Below are positions 49,693 through 61,112 of a stretch of DNA of 64,000 nucleotides, piece after piece. This DNA comes from Oikopleura dioica. Lineage: Eukaryota > Animalia > Chordata. The notes below the pieces were generated by a model. It worked only from the letters and a program-made list of their open reading frames with translations, did no database searches and had not been told where the DNA came from. Numbering within the stretch: the stretch's first letter is position 1; every line of letters starts with the position of its first letter. Position numbers and translations under genes: made by a program. Location of the stretch: the NCBI GenBank assembly GCA_907165135.1, contig OU015566.1, positions 10,912,001-10,976,000 of the forward strand, in the 5' to 3' direction.

Positions 49693-52600
49693 ATGGAACT
49701 GCTAGAGGATCGTTCTAGTGTGTTAATTCCGTCGCTGACCTCTCGGTCCCAGTTGTCTCAACTGACCGAGAGCGAGGCCGACCTGCCAACTGGGATCAGG
49801 TCGGAGCCGGTCGGCTTCAATGCCAGAATTCCGACCGAGAATGGAGCGGTGAGCCAAAGCACGCCGCTTCTGACGGAGCAGTTTCTCAGATCGGAGTTCA
49901 ACCAGGAGGATACCATGTACTTACAGGTAAATACTTGATTCTTATCAAACTGAAAATTCGAGGAAAAATTATATTCATATAGAGTCAACTCATCTGTTTA
50001 GCTTAAATCCCATACGAAATAATGTTAACCTTATCACTAGGGCCTGCTTAATGAACAGCACGAAACATGGTATCCCAAATTCGCCAGCGAAAAGAAATGG
50101 GTCGGCGAAAAAATTCGCGACAACTGCGCCCAAACTGATGCAAATGAAATCTACCCGATGAAAGATCTCATGCAACTTGCTGAAACACTCAAAGCCAAAA
50201 TGGCCGAAGTCGAGAAGAAGCAGGGTCTTTCATGGGAAACCGTCGACGCTATTTATCACAAAAATATTACCGAAAAGGTAACACTGACTTTTCTTGCATC
50301 AGTTTTTATTCTCGTTATTCAGGCATTTATGATATACGAAAGAACAAATAGAGAACTCGACAGACAATACAAAGAAGCGAATTCTAGCGACGCGGGAAGG
50401 ATCAAAAAGTCAACTCAACGATGCTATTGCTAAAATCAAATCACAGTACAAAGGTACCCCTCTCCCAAAAATCCTCCTTTTTATTCGTTTTCAGAATATT
50501 ATGACATGGAGCTGAAGAAAATCTTCAACAAGGCAAATCAAAACCGAACTCTACCGAATTTCGATTCTCTACCACCGGTAGATTCCGGCGATACGAGCAG
50601 CGAATTATTGATTCAAATACAGCAGTTGACCGCAGAAAATGATTACTTGAAGGAAGAACTTGAAAAGAACAAAACGCCCAAAGGAATGATTTACATAGAT
50701 TAGCTTGGTTAGCGGACATTATAAACAAACGGACATTATAAACAAACGGACATTATAAACAAAACGGATATTATAAACATTTTTTAATTTATGAAAATCA
50801 GAACGGACATTATAAACAAAACGGACATTATAAACAAACGGACATTATAAACAAAATAAAAAATGTTTATAATGTCTGTCTGTTTATAATGTCCGTTTTG
50901 TTTATAATGTCCGTTGTCACTTTCAGAAATTCAAGAAATGTTTATAATGTCCGTTTTGTTTATAATGTCCGTTTGCAATTTCGGAATTCCATTGGAATCG
51001 TTACAAAGGATAAACTATACACACTTAAGGGATCCCCCCTGTTTTTTCAACTCTTTGATAAGGGTCTATGTTTGACATTTTTAGATTCCCAGTTTTCTGA
51101 GGATCATTTTGATGTGTCACATGACCCCCTTACGAACATCTATCCCCGAGATTTTGGCCTTCAAAAATTGCAAAAATGCATATAAATTGTACTTAGCGTG
51201 AAAATCCGAGTATTTTCGGTTTTTTACTGTCATCTAAATAAGCCATAAGGGGTCTTTTGAAAGCTTAGAATCTGCCGATTAAAAATATAATAACCGCATA
51301 AGAAATTTTTGCCCATTTGTTGGCGCTAGAGAGCAATGAAAGACCAAGAACGCCAAAAATAGCTACAGATGGTTGTTCTTAAGAAACTTTTTTTATAACT
51401 TGACCAAATGGGCGTTCTGTACTAAAAATTAAAGATTAAGCTCTATTCTACCTAAATCTTAGCTCAGATCGAGCCTATCTAAGCCTGAATTTCTATTCAA
51501 AAATGGCCAAAAATGGCGTTTTTTCGAATTTCTTGAATTTTGGCACCTCCTAGAGGTAGGTTTGCCTTGAGCAAATTGTTTCTCTGTACTAGAAAATAGC
51601 GGATAGCACACCAGCTTTCAGAAGAGCTATTGAACGTCCCGATTCAAAATCAAAATCATTGAAGGAGTGTGCGCTTCGCGCTTGAATTGAAGGAAACTAC
51701 TTTTTGGTTAACCTTTTTGCTAATTCTGTCCAAAATGATAAAAATTACGGAATCGAAAATAATTTTTATTGCGAAAAAATCTGAATTTTTGTAACGGCGT
51801 TGCAAATTTGTAATGTAGCCGCCCGTCCCCCAATCTGACAGCAAATCCTCGAGTACACTTACATTTTTAAGTAGCAAACTCATTGCGTTAGCAGGGATAG
51901 ACTTTCTTAATCAAAAATTTTATCATAGGTTAAATTTTTTCGATTCATATTTCAAAAAAATTTTCTCGAGGGAGGGTCACTTTAAGTGTGTATACCGATG
52001 AAAGTAGGGGGTTTATCCTTTGTAACGATTCAAATGGAATTCCGAAATTGCAAACGGACATTATAAACAAAACGGACATTATAAACAGACAGACATTATA
52101 AACATTTTTTATTTTGTTTATAATGTCCGTTTGTTTATAATGTCCGTTTTGTTTATAATGTCCGTTCTGATTTTCATAAAATAAAAAATGTTAATAATGT
52201 CCGTTTTGTTTATAATGTCCGTTTGTTTATAATGTCCGTTTGTTTATAATGTCCGCTAACCGATTAGCTTGCGTTTGTTTTTTCTCTACAGTTGTAAATC
52301 TTCGCTACAGTAATCGTCGACAATACAGCGCTTGATGCAGCGAAAGCGGAATTATCCAAAACGAAAAAGAAGCTGGAACGCGTCAGTAACGAGAATCAAA
52401 CTTTAGCGATCGACCTTGAAAAGGAGAAGAAGAAATTCGCTGCTGCAGATGAAAATGTCAAGAAACTAGAGACCAGAGTGAAGGACGAAGTGATGAAGAG
52501 CAGTCAGCTTCAGTAAGTTTTCTTTATTTCTTTTTGATCGTTAATCTTATTGAATATTTAAGAATCGCGCTGAATGAAGCAAATATGCGAATGCAACAGG

Positions 52601-53431
52601 CCCAAGCGACTCACCAGAAAGAAATGAAGCAGCTTGAATCGGATCTGACAAAGCACGCGAATCAGCAACTTGAAGCTCTTCAGAAGAAGATGGACGAGGC
52701 GGTCAACAATGCGCAGAGCTCGATGGGCAGCGAAATTCAAAAGAAAGATCAAGAAATCGCAACGCTCAAGGCTTCGATCGAAACTCTTCAAGCAAAGGTG
52801 AGCAATTTTTATTTGAAAACAAGGGTTTTAATTTTTCAGCATTTTATAAGGTTTTCTTGCTATTCGTTTTCTCTAGCTCGAAGAAGCTAAAAAAGCTCCG
52901 CCTCCACCACCACCTCGCAAAAAATCCATCGCTCCCGTTCGACGAGAGTCTGTAGCAAAAACGCCAGAAAAGAATGCAAAACGCGAAAAGCGTGAGGCTG
53001 TTGACGCTGATGGCGACATGCAAGCAGAGCTCGAGAAACTCAGAAAAGAGCACGCTAAAGTGAACAAGAACTGGGAGCGGCGATTTGAGATTTTGAGAGC
53101 GAGCTTGCACGAGATCAAGGATGAGGCGTTTATAAGAAGGAAGATCGAGCAACAACCGCTGACGCTGCACAAAGCTTCGATAAGAATTAAAGAAAGAGTT
53201 GTTTCGCCGATCGCAAATTCGGAGATTCCAGCAGTCAAGTCTGAAGGTCTTCCACCGTTGAAGGTAAGCCCTCGTTCTTCAGAACTTCGAGAAATCATGC
53301 GACTTTTTCAGCCATCAGCTGGGAGAGAATCCGTAGCGCGAATGGTCCACGCTGAAAACGACGAATTCTTCAACTCCGACGATGATCCAGCTGAATCAGA
53401 CGACGAGGACTTCAAGCCATTCCGACGATGA
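49693..53431 (+). CDS. Coiled-coil protein, C10orf67-like (DUF4709/DUF4724-type motifs); apparent 1-nt frameshift near 50375
   Basis: SQLNDAIAKIKSQYKEYYDMEL and KNWERRFEILRASLHEIKDEAFIRR resemble the remembered C10orf67 conserved blocks; long coiled coils. Confidence 0.6.
50707..52261. mobile_element. Foldback/Mutator-like non-autonomous element with ~280-320-bp repeat-built arms
   Basis: 9-bp TSD GATTAGCTT (50698-50706 and 52262-52270), GGTTAGCGG...CCGCTAACC termini, and about 22 copies of ACGGACATTATAAACAA in both orientations. Confidence 0.92.
51029..51981. mobile_element. TTAA-flanked insert (Kolobok-like) nested at the centre of the foldback element
   Basis: TTAA on both sides (51025-28 and 51982-85), weak RG..GA.CCC termini, non-coding. 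Removing it leaves TATACACAC-TTAA-GTGTGTATA. Confidence 0.6.
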
Positions 53432-53607
53432 TCTTTTCAATTTCTGTAAAAATCTATTTTTATACTTATGCAAATTAATTACCATTACTATTCAAATACA
53501 GTTATTTATTTTCCTACAAAAGAAGACACCGATTTTGCTTGTTTTGATGCGCCAAAACAGTCGTAAAATGTGAAAAAGCACCGAAATCTTTTCCAATTAA
53601 TTTTAGC

Positions 53608-55091
53608 ATGAGTAATGTACTGATTATTGCTTCAAAGAGCTATATGCGCGAGAAAATTTTAAAAGCAACGAGAGCGGTTCTTTGTCCAGAAACATTCGTT
53701 TTTCATACATTAGGTAAATTCTATTTTGAAGTCAACGAAGACTATCGCCCCAAAATAGAGAACGAAATAAATAATTAACGATTTTTTCGTCAGATGATTA
53801 TCCGAATTCTGTCGCTTGGCTTAACTCAACGAAGCTACTTATTTCTATCGAGGGCGAATATGAAAAAAGTGTCAGAGAAAATGAACATCTAAAGAAATAT
53901 ATTGACGAAAAAAGGCTCCACTGCTGTCTTCGAGAGGAAGAAAAAGACATTGAGGAGTCTATTTTTGCAGGTTGGTTTCTCGCAAAAAGTTGTCTTTTTC
54001 TGAACCACTCGTAGAATTAAATAGATTCGGATTAACTGACGCACGGTCTGTCAAGAAAACATCTATCGACACTTCTGAGCCCGTGACTGCTTTCGACGGA
54101 ACACTGGCGGATCGATTTTCAACCTGTTTTGTTAACTTTTCTGCTGAGAAAAAACTATTATCCTCATCCGAAAACCATGGGAAAAACGAATCCGCTTTTG
54201 ATTTTTCTAAGTTTTTCGCTGCCTGTGATTGTAAAGAGCTTGGACAGAGGGTAATTCATTTCCCGACGATTTCGAGTACGGAGGATGTATTTGGGAATAA
54301 ATCGGAGGATTGGAAGGGATTGGTGGTTGTCGCGGATAGTCAAATAGCCGGAAAAGGGAGGAAGAAGAATCAGTGGATCTCTCCAGGGGGAAGTTTGGCG
54401 ATGAGTTTTGGCTTTGAAGTTGATTTAGGAACGGCTTTCGTAATTTTTAGATGGTAAATATTTCAATAAAAAAGAGAGCGGGAAATATTCTGTGATGAAT
54501 ATTTCGCTTGTTTTCAAATATTTGCCAAGGCCTACTGAGAGAATATGAGCATCTCGCAGCGATCCAACATCTGGTCGGCCTTTCCGCCGTAAGTGCCTTG
54601 CGAGAGCTTTCAAAATCAGAGAATGTCTTCTGTAAATGGCCGAATGATATTTACTGGAAGCGAGAAATCAAACTCGGAGGGATTATTTCGAGAGCGAGTT
54701 TTATGGGAAGGACCCTGACGGTTTGTGTTGGAATCGGTGTTAATTTGAAGAATGAAAAGCCTTTCCCAGGTTTTTTTTGTTGATGTTTTGTGAATGCAAT
54801 TTTGTTCTAGGAGCGTGTGTTTTAACAGAAACTGAAATTTTACGTGAAGAACTTATGGCAAGGATCTTCAATAACGTCGAAGAAAACTTGCCAAAACTAA
54901 AGGACGGCTCATGGAGAAAAGAATACGAAAGTTTATGGCTACATAGCTCAGAAAATGTCAAGTTTGAAGGGATGAAAGGAGTCGTGAAGGGCGTTGACAT
55001 GGATGGCTTTTTGTTGGTAGAGAATGAAAATGGCGAAGGAAGAGTTATTTTTGCTTCAATTTTCGGTATAAAAAGTTTCGATGTTCAATGA
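53608..55091 (+). CDS. HLCS: Biotin-protein ligase / holocarboxylase synthetase
   Basis: ISSTED, VVVADSQIAGKGRKKNQWISPGG, KWPNDIY, KLGGII, GIGVNL and GVDMDGFLLV. Confidence 0.93.
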
Positions 55092-55410
55092 AGCAAATTT
55101 TATTTTTCATATCAAATTGGACATTAATAACTTTATGAACGTTAGCTAATGTTTCTCTTATATAAATTTTACGTCTAAGAAAGAGTCTAAGAACATCGAT
55201 CATTCCATAAAATATCGTAAAAATGCGTTAAGCGTGAAAGTTTCAGGTAAAAAAATAACTCCCTAAAGTTCTTACTATCGACACCGATAACAACTCATTT
55301 GATCTCATGGAAGGGCTCATACATTCCAAACGCTGACGACACGAATACAGTTTTCTCCCCATTACAGCTATATTTTCTGTGCCGCTGTTTCAATTTTACA
55401 GATTCTCACG

Positions 55411-58400
55411 ATGCGTGATTCATTCTCGCGTTCCGATCCTAATTTCAACAAACTAACAATCAAGCTCGTTCTGAACTTTCATGAACTTGCCGCTGGTCAG
55501 TTTGGCGCCGACTGCTCATTCTTGAAAAATTCCTAATCATTATTCATCGTTCAATGATGAAATTGATTCTGTAACTATCATTTTCCTTTTTTATTATTGT
55601 CTTCATGAGAAGCGCGCGGCGGGACCAAATTTTCAAATTCAGAGGCAAGATAAAGAGCAACCCGGGTGATGAAGGGTTGAACGAAGAGTTTTTCTCGATG
55701 CCGGAACCTTCCAGGTCACTTTCGTTAGATCCACATTCGAATGGGAACGACAGGGATAAGGGGATCTCAAGGCAGAGGCCCAGTTTGCCTCACAAGTCCA
55801 AAAGGTACTAAATGAGAAGCTTAAACCTTAAAACTAACAACCGGTACCAACATTCAGGCCTCCAACAGACGATGTTTTTGAACTCCACGAGGACGATTTC
55901 AGCGCTGGCGTCACTGTCGAGAACCTAAATCTTTTTGAAGCCAAGGAGCAACAGCAACTAGAAATCCGCGATTTTTCCTTCTCCGATCTCCCTAATCTTC
56001 CTAAAGATTGTTTCTATGACCTTGAAACGCTGCACGATATCATCGAAAAATCTTCAAGCTGCGACGATGTCATCGCTCGCATTTTCCGAAATGAAGCGTT
56101 GAAAACAGATTTCATCGAAAAAATGTCAAAAGTTGGCGATTGCAATTTGCGTCTTGAAACGCCGCAGATCCTTTCTCTCAAGTCAGAAGATTCCAGCTAT
56201 TCGACGTTCTTGTGTCACCTGTGCTTACGACCACGTCACCATGGATTTAGGACTGTCAGAGGAGAATCTATCGATGAATATGCTCAGCAAGATTCTCGTC
56301 TGAAATCGCTTTTCGAAGCAATTCGAAATATGCATCCAGATGCAATTTCTGTTGAAAACAAGGGCAGCTACCATGTTTCCATAGACGAAAAATCGAAGAT
56401 GTTTCAATTCCGGAAGTTTCGAAAACCAAGATCGACGGTTGACGAAAAGAAGAAAATCGGCCATGGAGCTCAGGCGATGCTAACAGCCGAACCGCTTTTT
56501 GACGAAGAAGCGAATTGTGTTGAAATTTGTCTAGAACTCGTCCGACTTCAGCGAAAATCAGAGCTTCATCCGAACGGAATCAAATTAAAAAAACTCGAGG
56601 AAATTCTCCAACGAGCTGCGTCTGAATGCAGCTGGTCGAATTTCTCAACCATGGAATGTCCCGCGTCAAAGAATAATGAGTACGCTGATTTTCCGATCTT
56701 AAAAATGGCCAATTTCATATATGAAAAAGAAAGGCGGAACGCAGATGGGCAGTTTACCAAGTGGGTTCGAGAACACTTCCCAAAGATCCTTGTTACTGTC
56801 CGTGCCGCTGTATCTTTTCTCGAGAAAGAAATCGATTGGAGTAAATTTCAAGATCTAAAGAACATCAAAGAAATAAAACGACACTGGAGCAAAATCACTG
56901 AGCTTCGCGACAGCCAGATTCGAATCTCGGATCGGTACGAGCTTCGAGCATCGTTGAGGAAGCTCCCTGATGGACCGCGAAAAACGAAGATAGGAAAACT
57001 TCAGAGCGAATTTTTCCTCCTTATTCTTCGCAAACTCGACGATTCTTTTGCTGGGAGCGAGGATTGGAGAAAGACTTTCTCCAATGATTCTTCTTTTGGT
57101 GATTGGAAGTCGATTTTTGTCGCCAAGTCGGAATTGAAAACGAGATCGGAGACTTATCAAAATAATTTGGAAGGACTAGTTCGATTCTGGGCGGCATTAA
57201 TGCGCCAATCAATGGATCATTCATCTTTAAATTCTTCCTCCGTATTGAGGAAAGGGATTTCAAAGGAAGTAATGAAAGAAATTGAAGCTTTATTGAAGTC
57301 AAGTGAGGCACCTTCTCCTTCGCAATTTATGCCTCAGCAACCGCCTACCCCAGCGATTTCTGAGCAAATTTTCTCGTTCGAGCCAAGTAATGATGCAAAA
57401 GAAGACAGACAAATTATCATCGAAGGCATGGCTCCCTTTTAACAGTTCATTTATTCGATTACACTGTTCATGAGCCAATTACAAAGCTATCGATATTTTG
57501 TATCCGAATGTCTTGCAGGTCCTCGATGAAATCTTCGGAAAATTATATCACGTGCAACCTTTTGGAGTGGTAAAAGACTTTTACCTATTCGAAAACGAGC
57601 ACTATTTGGAGCATCTTTTGCTATCGCATCAGATTCAGAAAGATTTCAGCACTGCGAAGAATCTGTTGGGAATCAACAAATTCTCGTTGATTCAGGAGAT
57701 CGGGTGTTCCACTAGATTAGGTAAATTTATTTATCTCTCGTCTGTGTTGTATTTTTGATTAAGTTTCCGTTATGCAATATTGTGACGGCGGCAACCTTCA
57801 CGATTACATTTCACGCTTGGATGCCGAACCTACGAAACAATCCTCCTACTTGTCGTTCGAATACTCTCGAAATATGTTCGATGGCCTTGCCTATCTGACC
57901 GAAAAAGGACTATATCATAATGATATCAAGCCTGAAAATATCTTTATTCACGATACGAAGGCTTTGATCGGAGACTTTGGTCTTCTTTCGTACAAGGAAA
58001 AGTTCTTACGTTAACTTGAGAAAATACAAGTGATAGTAGATATCTTTTTTTTGATAATTCGTATTCTCAAGCAATCGATCCGATCATATTCTGAGGAAAG
58101 AAAAACGTCCTCTATCAATAATAACTTACGTAAAGCTTTTCAAAAGCGCCTTGACGATTCTGGTCCAATTCTTTATCGTCCGAAAACAAGTCGTCAGAAT
58201 ACGCATCCCGATTACTTTGCGCTTGGGCTCATCCTCATTGAGCTTTTCTTCGAAGGAGGCACAATCGCCCTTCACATCATTCGACATTCGAAACACTGCT
58301 GGTCCGACAAGTGCGAGTTCATCCTTGATAAATCAAACTTTACTAACAAGCTCAATCCAAAACTCGTCTCACAAATCATCAGGCTTCTTCGACCAACAGA

Positions 58401-60183
58401 AGGGTTTTCTGGTCTCCATCGAAGCAATGATTGGAAGAGCGTGTCGCAGTTCTTCAAATCCAATGAAATTCTCTCTAGAGACAAGTTAGAGCTTCAAAAT
58501 GTTCCTGGAATAGATCTTGGGCGAAATAAATTCGTGACGAATTATGTAACTGAACTTATCCATCACATTGATCGCCAGATGAGCTCAACGACGCAGAACA
58601 ACGAACAGAAACAACTCGCTGTTCAGTACATTCAGCAAATCGAAACGATTTTGCAAAAACACCTGGTGGATTTCCGCGGCAGGAACATATCGACTTATGT
58701 CAAGGAATTTATCTTCGGGCAAGGGCTGTATCAAGGGGTTCGAAGAGAGTTGGAGAAGAATATGAAAGCAGAAGGCTCCAAGGTCATTTTGCCAGGAAAA
58801 ACAAATAAGTTTTGGGTTCAGGAAATTTATGCTTTGATGATTTTCATCATGTTCAATTGATTTACAATTCACAGTTTGAGTATCAAACTAAATACGTACT
58901 TCAATTCGTATTATATTAAATTATTTGATTTATTTTGGGTTGTTTTTTTTCTGAGTCCAATAAAAGGTTTACAACCATGTGGATTTGATAGACAAGTGGC
59001 CGATGATTTTCATTCTTCAACAATTACGAAATATAGACTCACACTATTATCAGTGTAATCCACTGGCTCAGATGGAAATCTGCAGCTTGGCAGATAACAA
59101 CAATGGCGTGGATTTATCTGATGCACAGGTTAATTGCTATTGTATAATTCTTAGGTAAAAGAATTTTCAGCGGCAAGATGCGTTGTTGATCATCTTCAGG
59201 GAGATATTCCCGTTTCTTGATCCAAATAAAGGCGCGCTTTTGGAACGCTCGATGCCCGGACTCATTCGATTTCTTTCTGAGTAATATTTTCTCGTTTGCC
59301 CGCTTCTCTTATCCCTTTCTAGGAAAAATGAACATAACGCTCTCTTCGCTGCTTTAACGAACTCAATTATTCACACTCCAGGAGGAGATCCGCTGAAATC
59401 TCCTGACGAAAACAAGGCGGTTTTCATCATACGACTTGGGAACTTTCTCAATACAATACGAACAAGACAGCCGCAAAGTGCCCTAAAGCTCGAGCAGAAA
59501 ATGATCTATCTAGACGAATTCAAGATTCATAAAGGCAAAGCAAATTTTACGTTTCCATTTTATAAGCATTTTCTTAGATTGGATTCCAAAGATCAAGTCC
59601 GAATTCGCCAAGTTCAACGATGGCTTCCCGGACAACTTCAAAATCAAATGCAAAACAACGAAAATAGTCGAAAAGGGAATCGAATACGAGCTCCATGGGA
59701 TCGATTCATTTCTTTGCATGATCGACTATTTCAGAAATCTTCTCGTTCATATTCCGTTGCCAGGTATGAAATATATGAACTTTTCACAAGTTTTCAAAAT
59801 TATATTTAAAACAAAGTGTTATCTTTTCGCATGAGAGGACATATTTTGAAAACGTTAATTTGTCAACAAGACGAATCTACAATCCGATAGCTAACAATTA
59901 TGACGCTTTTTATCTTTCAGCTCGCCTCGGCGGAGCAAAAGCAGATCGCAAAAAGGAAATCGCCATCGCAACTTCCATTGAAAACTTCTTCTACGCCCAT
60001 ATTTCCACCCGCGCGGGCCAATCCACCCAAAAATTCAAAATGTCTCCTGCCCATCTAGTCGCCTTCATCCACCACGTCTTCCCTTCTTTTTTCAAAATCA
60101 TTGTCGACGTCTTCCGAAATGAGTCGCTCTTCTCAGCGAATAACTCCGTCTTTCATCCCTCTTCCCGAATTCCTTTCTGCTAA
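55411..60183 (+). CDS. Large kinase + pseudokinase + KEN-like ribonuclease protein (RNase L/IRE1-like module)
   Basis: Kinase 1: FGKLY, VVK, MQYCDGGNL, HNDIKPEN, IGDFG and DYFALGLILIEL. Degenerate second C-lobe: EFSAARCVV...IFPF. KEN-like: DWIPKI...DSFLCMIDYFRNLLVH...PAHLVAFIHHVFPSFF...ESLF. 5' start uncertain. Confidence 0.75.
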
Positions 60184-60497
60184 AAAGTTCCTTATTTTTA
60201 TTATTTATTTTCTTCACTTTTTTCTTCAAAAAATCATCAAAATTTCGGCCTTTTTACTTCGTTATCTCTTGCTCTAACTCCTTCACGTAATCTTGTCACA
60301 TTTTGTGTCACTTTTTGCTTTTCAAAAGACAAAACGGCAGGAAGGAGTTAAAATTCAAGATCCACGTATTTTTCTATTCATTTTGTTCCTAGCTACTGTA
60401 CCTCCTGTACCAGCTCTCATTTCATTTTCAACATTGTGTTTATTTTCTCCACTACGCCTAGACGATTTTCAATAAGGATTTCTGAGTGAAATTCTTA

Positions 60498-61017
60498 CCC
60501 CCCTTTTTTATTGGCTCATTGGAAAGAGCGTAAAAAGTTATCCCAGATTCGCCCAAAAAAGGATGAAATTTCCAAAAAAATGACGTCATGGCACGTGATT
60601 GAAGTGCCAAAAGTACCAAAACTTACCCGTTCGCGCATTTTCGACTCGTCTGGGGTAGAAGGGCTTGCAATAGCGCAAAATGATCGTCTCGCCGAGCTCT
60701 TGGTGGGCATCTAGTTTTCATCCCTTTTCAACCCTTTTTCATCCCTTTATCTATTGCTCGAAAAATAGAAATTTAAAAAAAGGGTTGAAAAGGGATGAAA
60801 ACTCGATGCCCACCAAGAGCTCGCAGAGACGATCATTTTGAGCTATTACAAGTCTTATTAGCTCAGACGAGTCGAAAATGCTCGAGCGGGAAAGTTTGAG
60901 TTTTTTGGGACTTCAGTCACGTGCCATGACATCATTTTTTCGAAAATTTCATCCTTTCTCGGGTGAACCTGGGATAACTTTTTACGCTCTTTCCAATGAG
61001 CCAATAAAAAAGGGGGG
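60498..61017. mobile_element. Fully palindromic TA-flanked MITE (520 bp)
   Basis: CCCCCCTTTTTTATTGGCTCATTGGAAAGAGCGTAAAAAGTTATCCCAG and its reverse complement at the far end; complementarity continues ~240 bp inward; TA on both sides. Confidence 0.9.
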
Positions 61018-61112
61018 TAAGAACTTTCCTAAATACATTCAAAATCATTTCATTGTATTCATTCATCGTTTATTTATTTCGTTTATTAATTTATGAATTA
61101 TGACCAGAGTAG

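Noticed and set aside
50707-50980. CRISPR-like array of 16-17-bp repeats
   Set aside because: The repeats abut or flip orientation with no unique equal-length spacers, no cas genes are present, the context is eukaryotic, and they are the arms of a TSD-flanked foldback element.
50889-51883. ORFs inside the nested transposons
   Set aside because: Translations of repeats or AT-rich filler; no transposase motifs.
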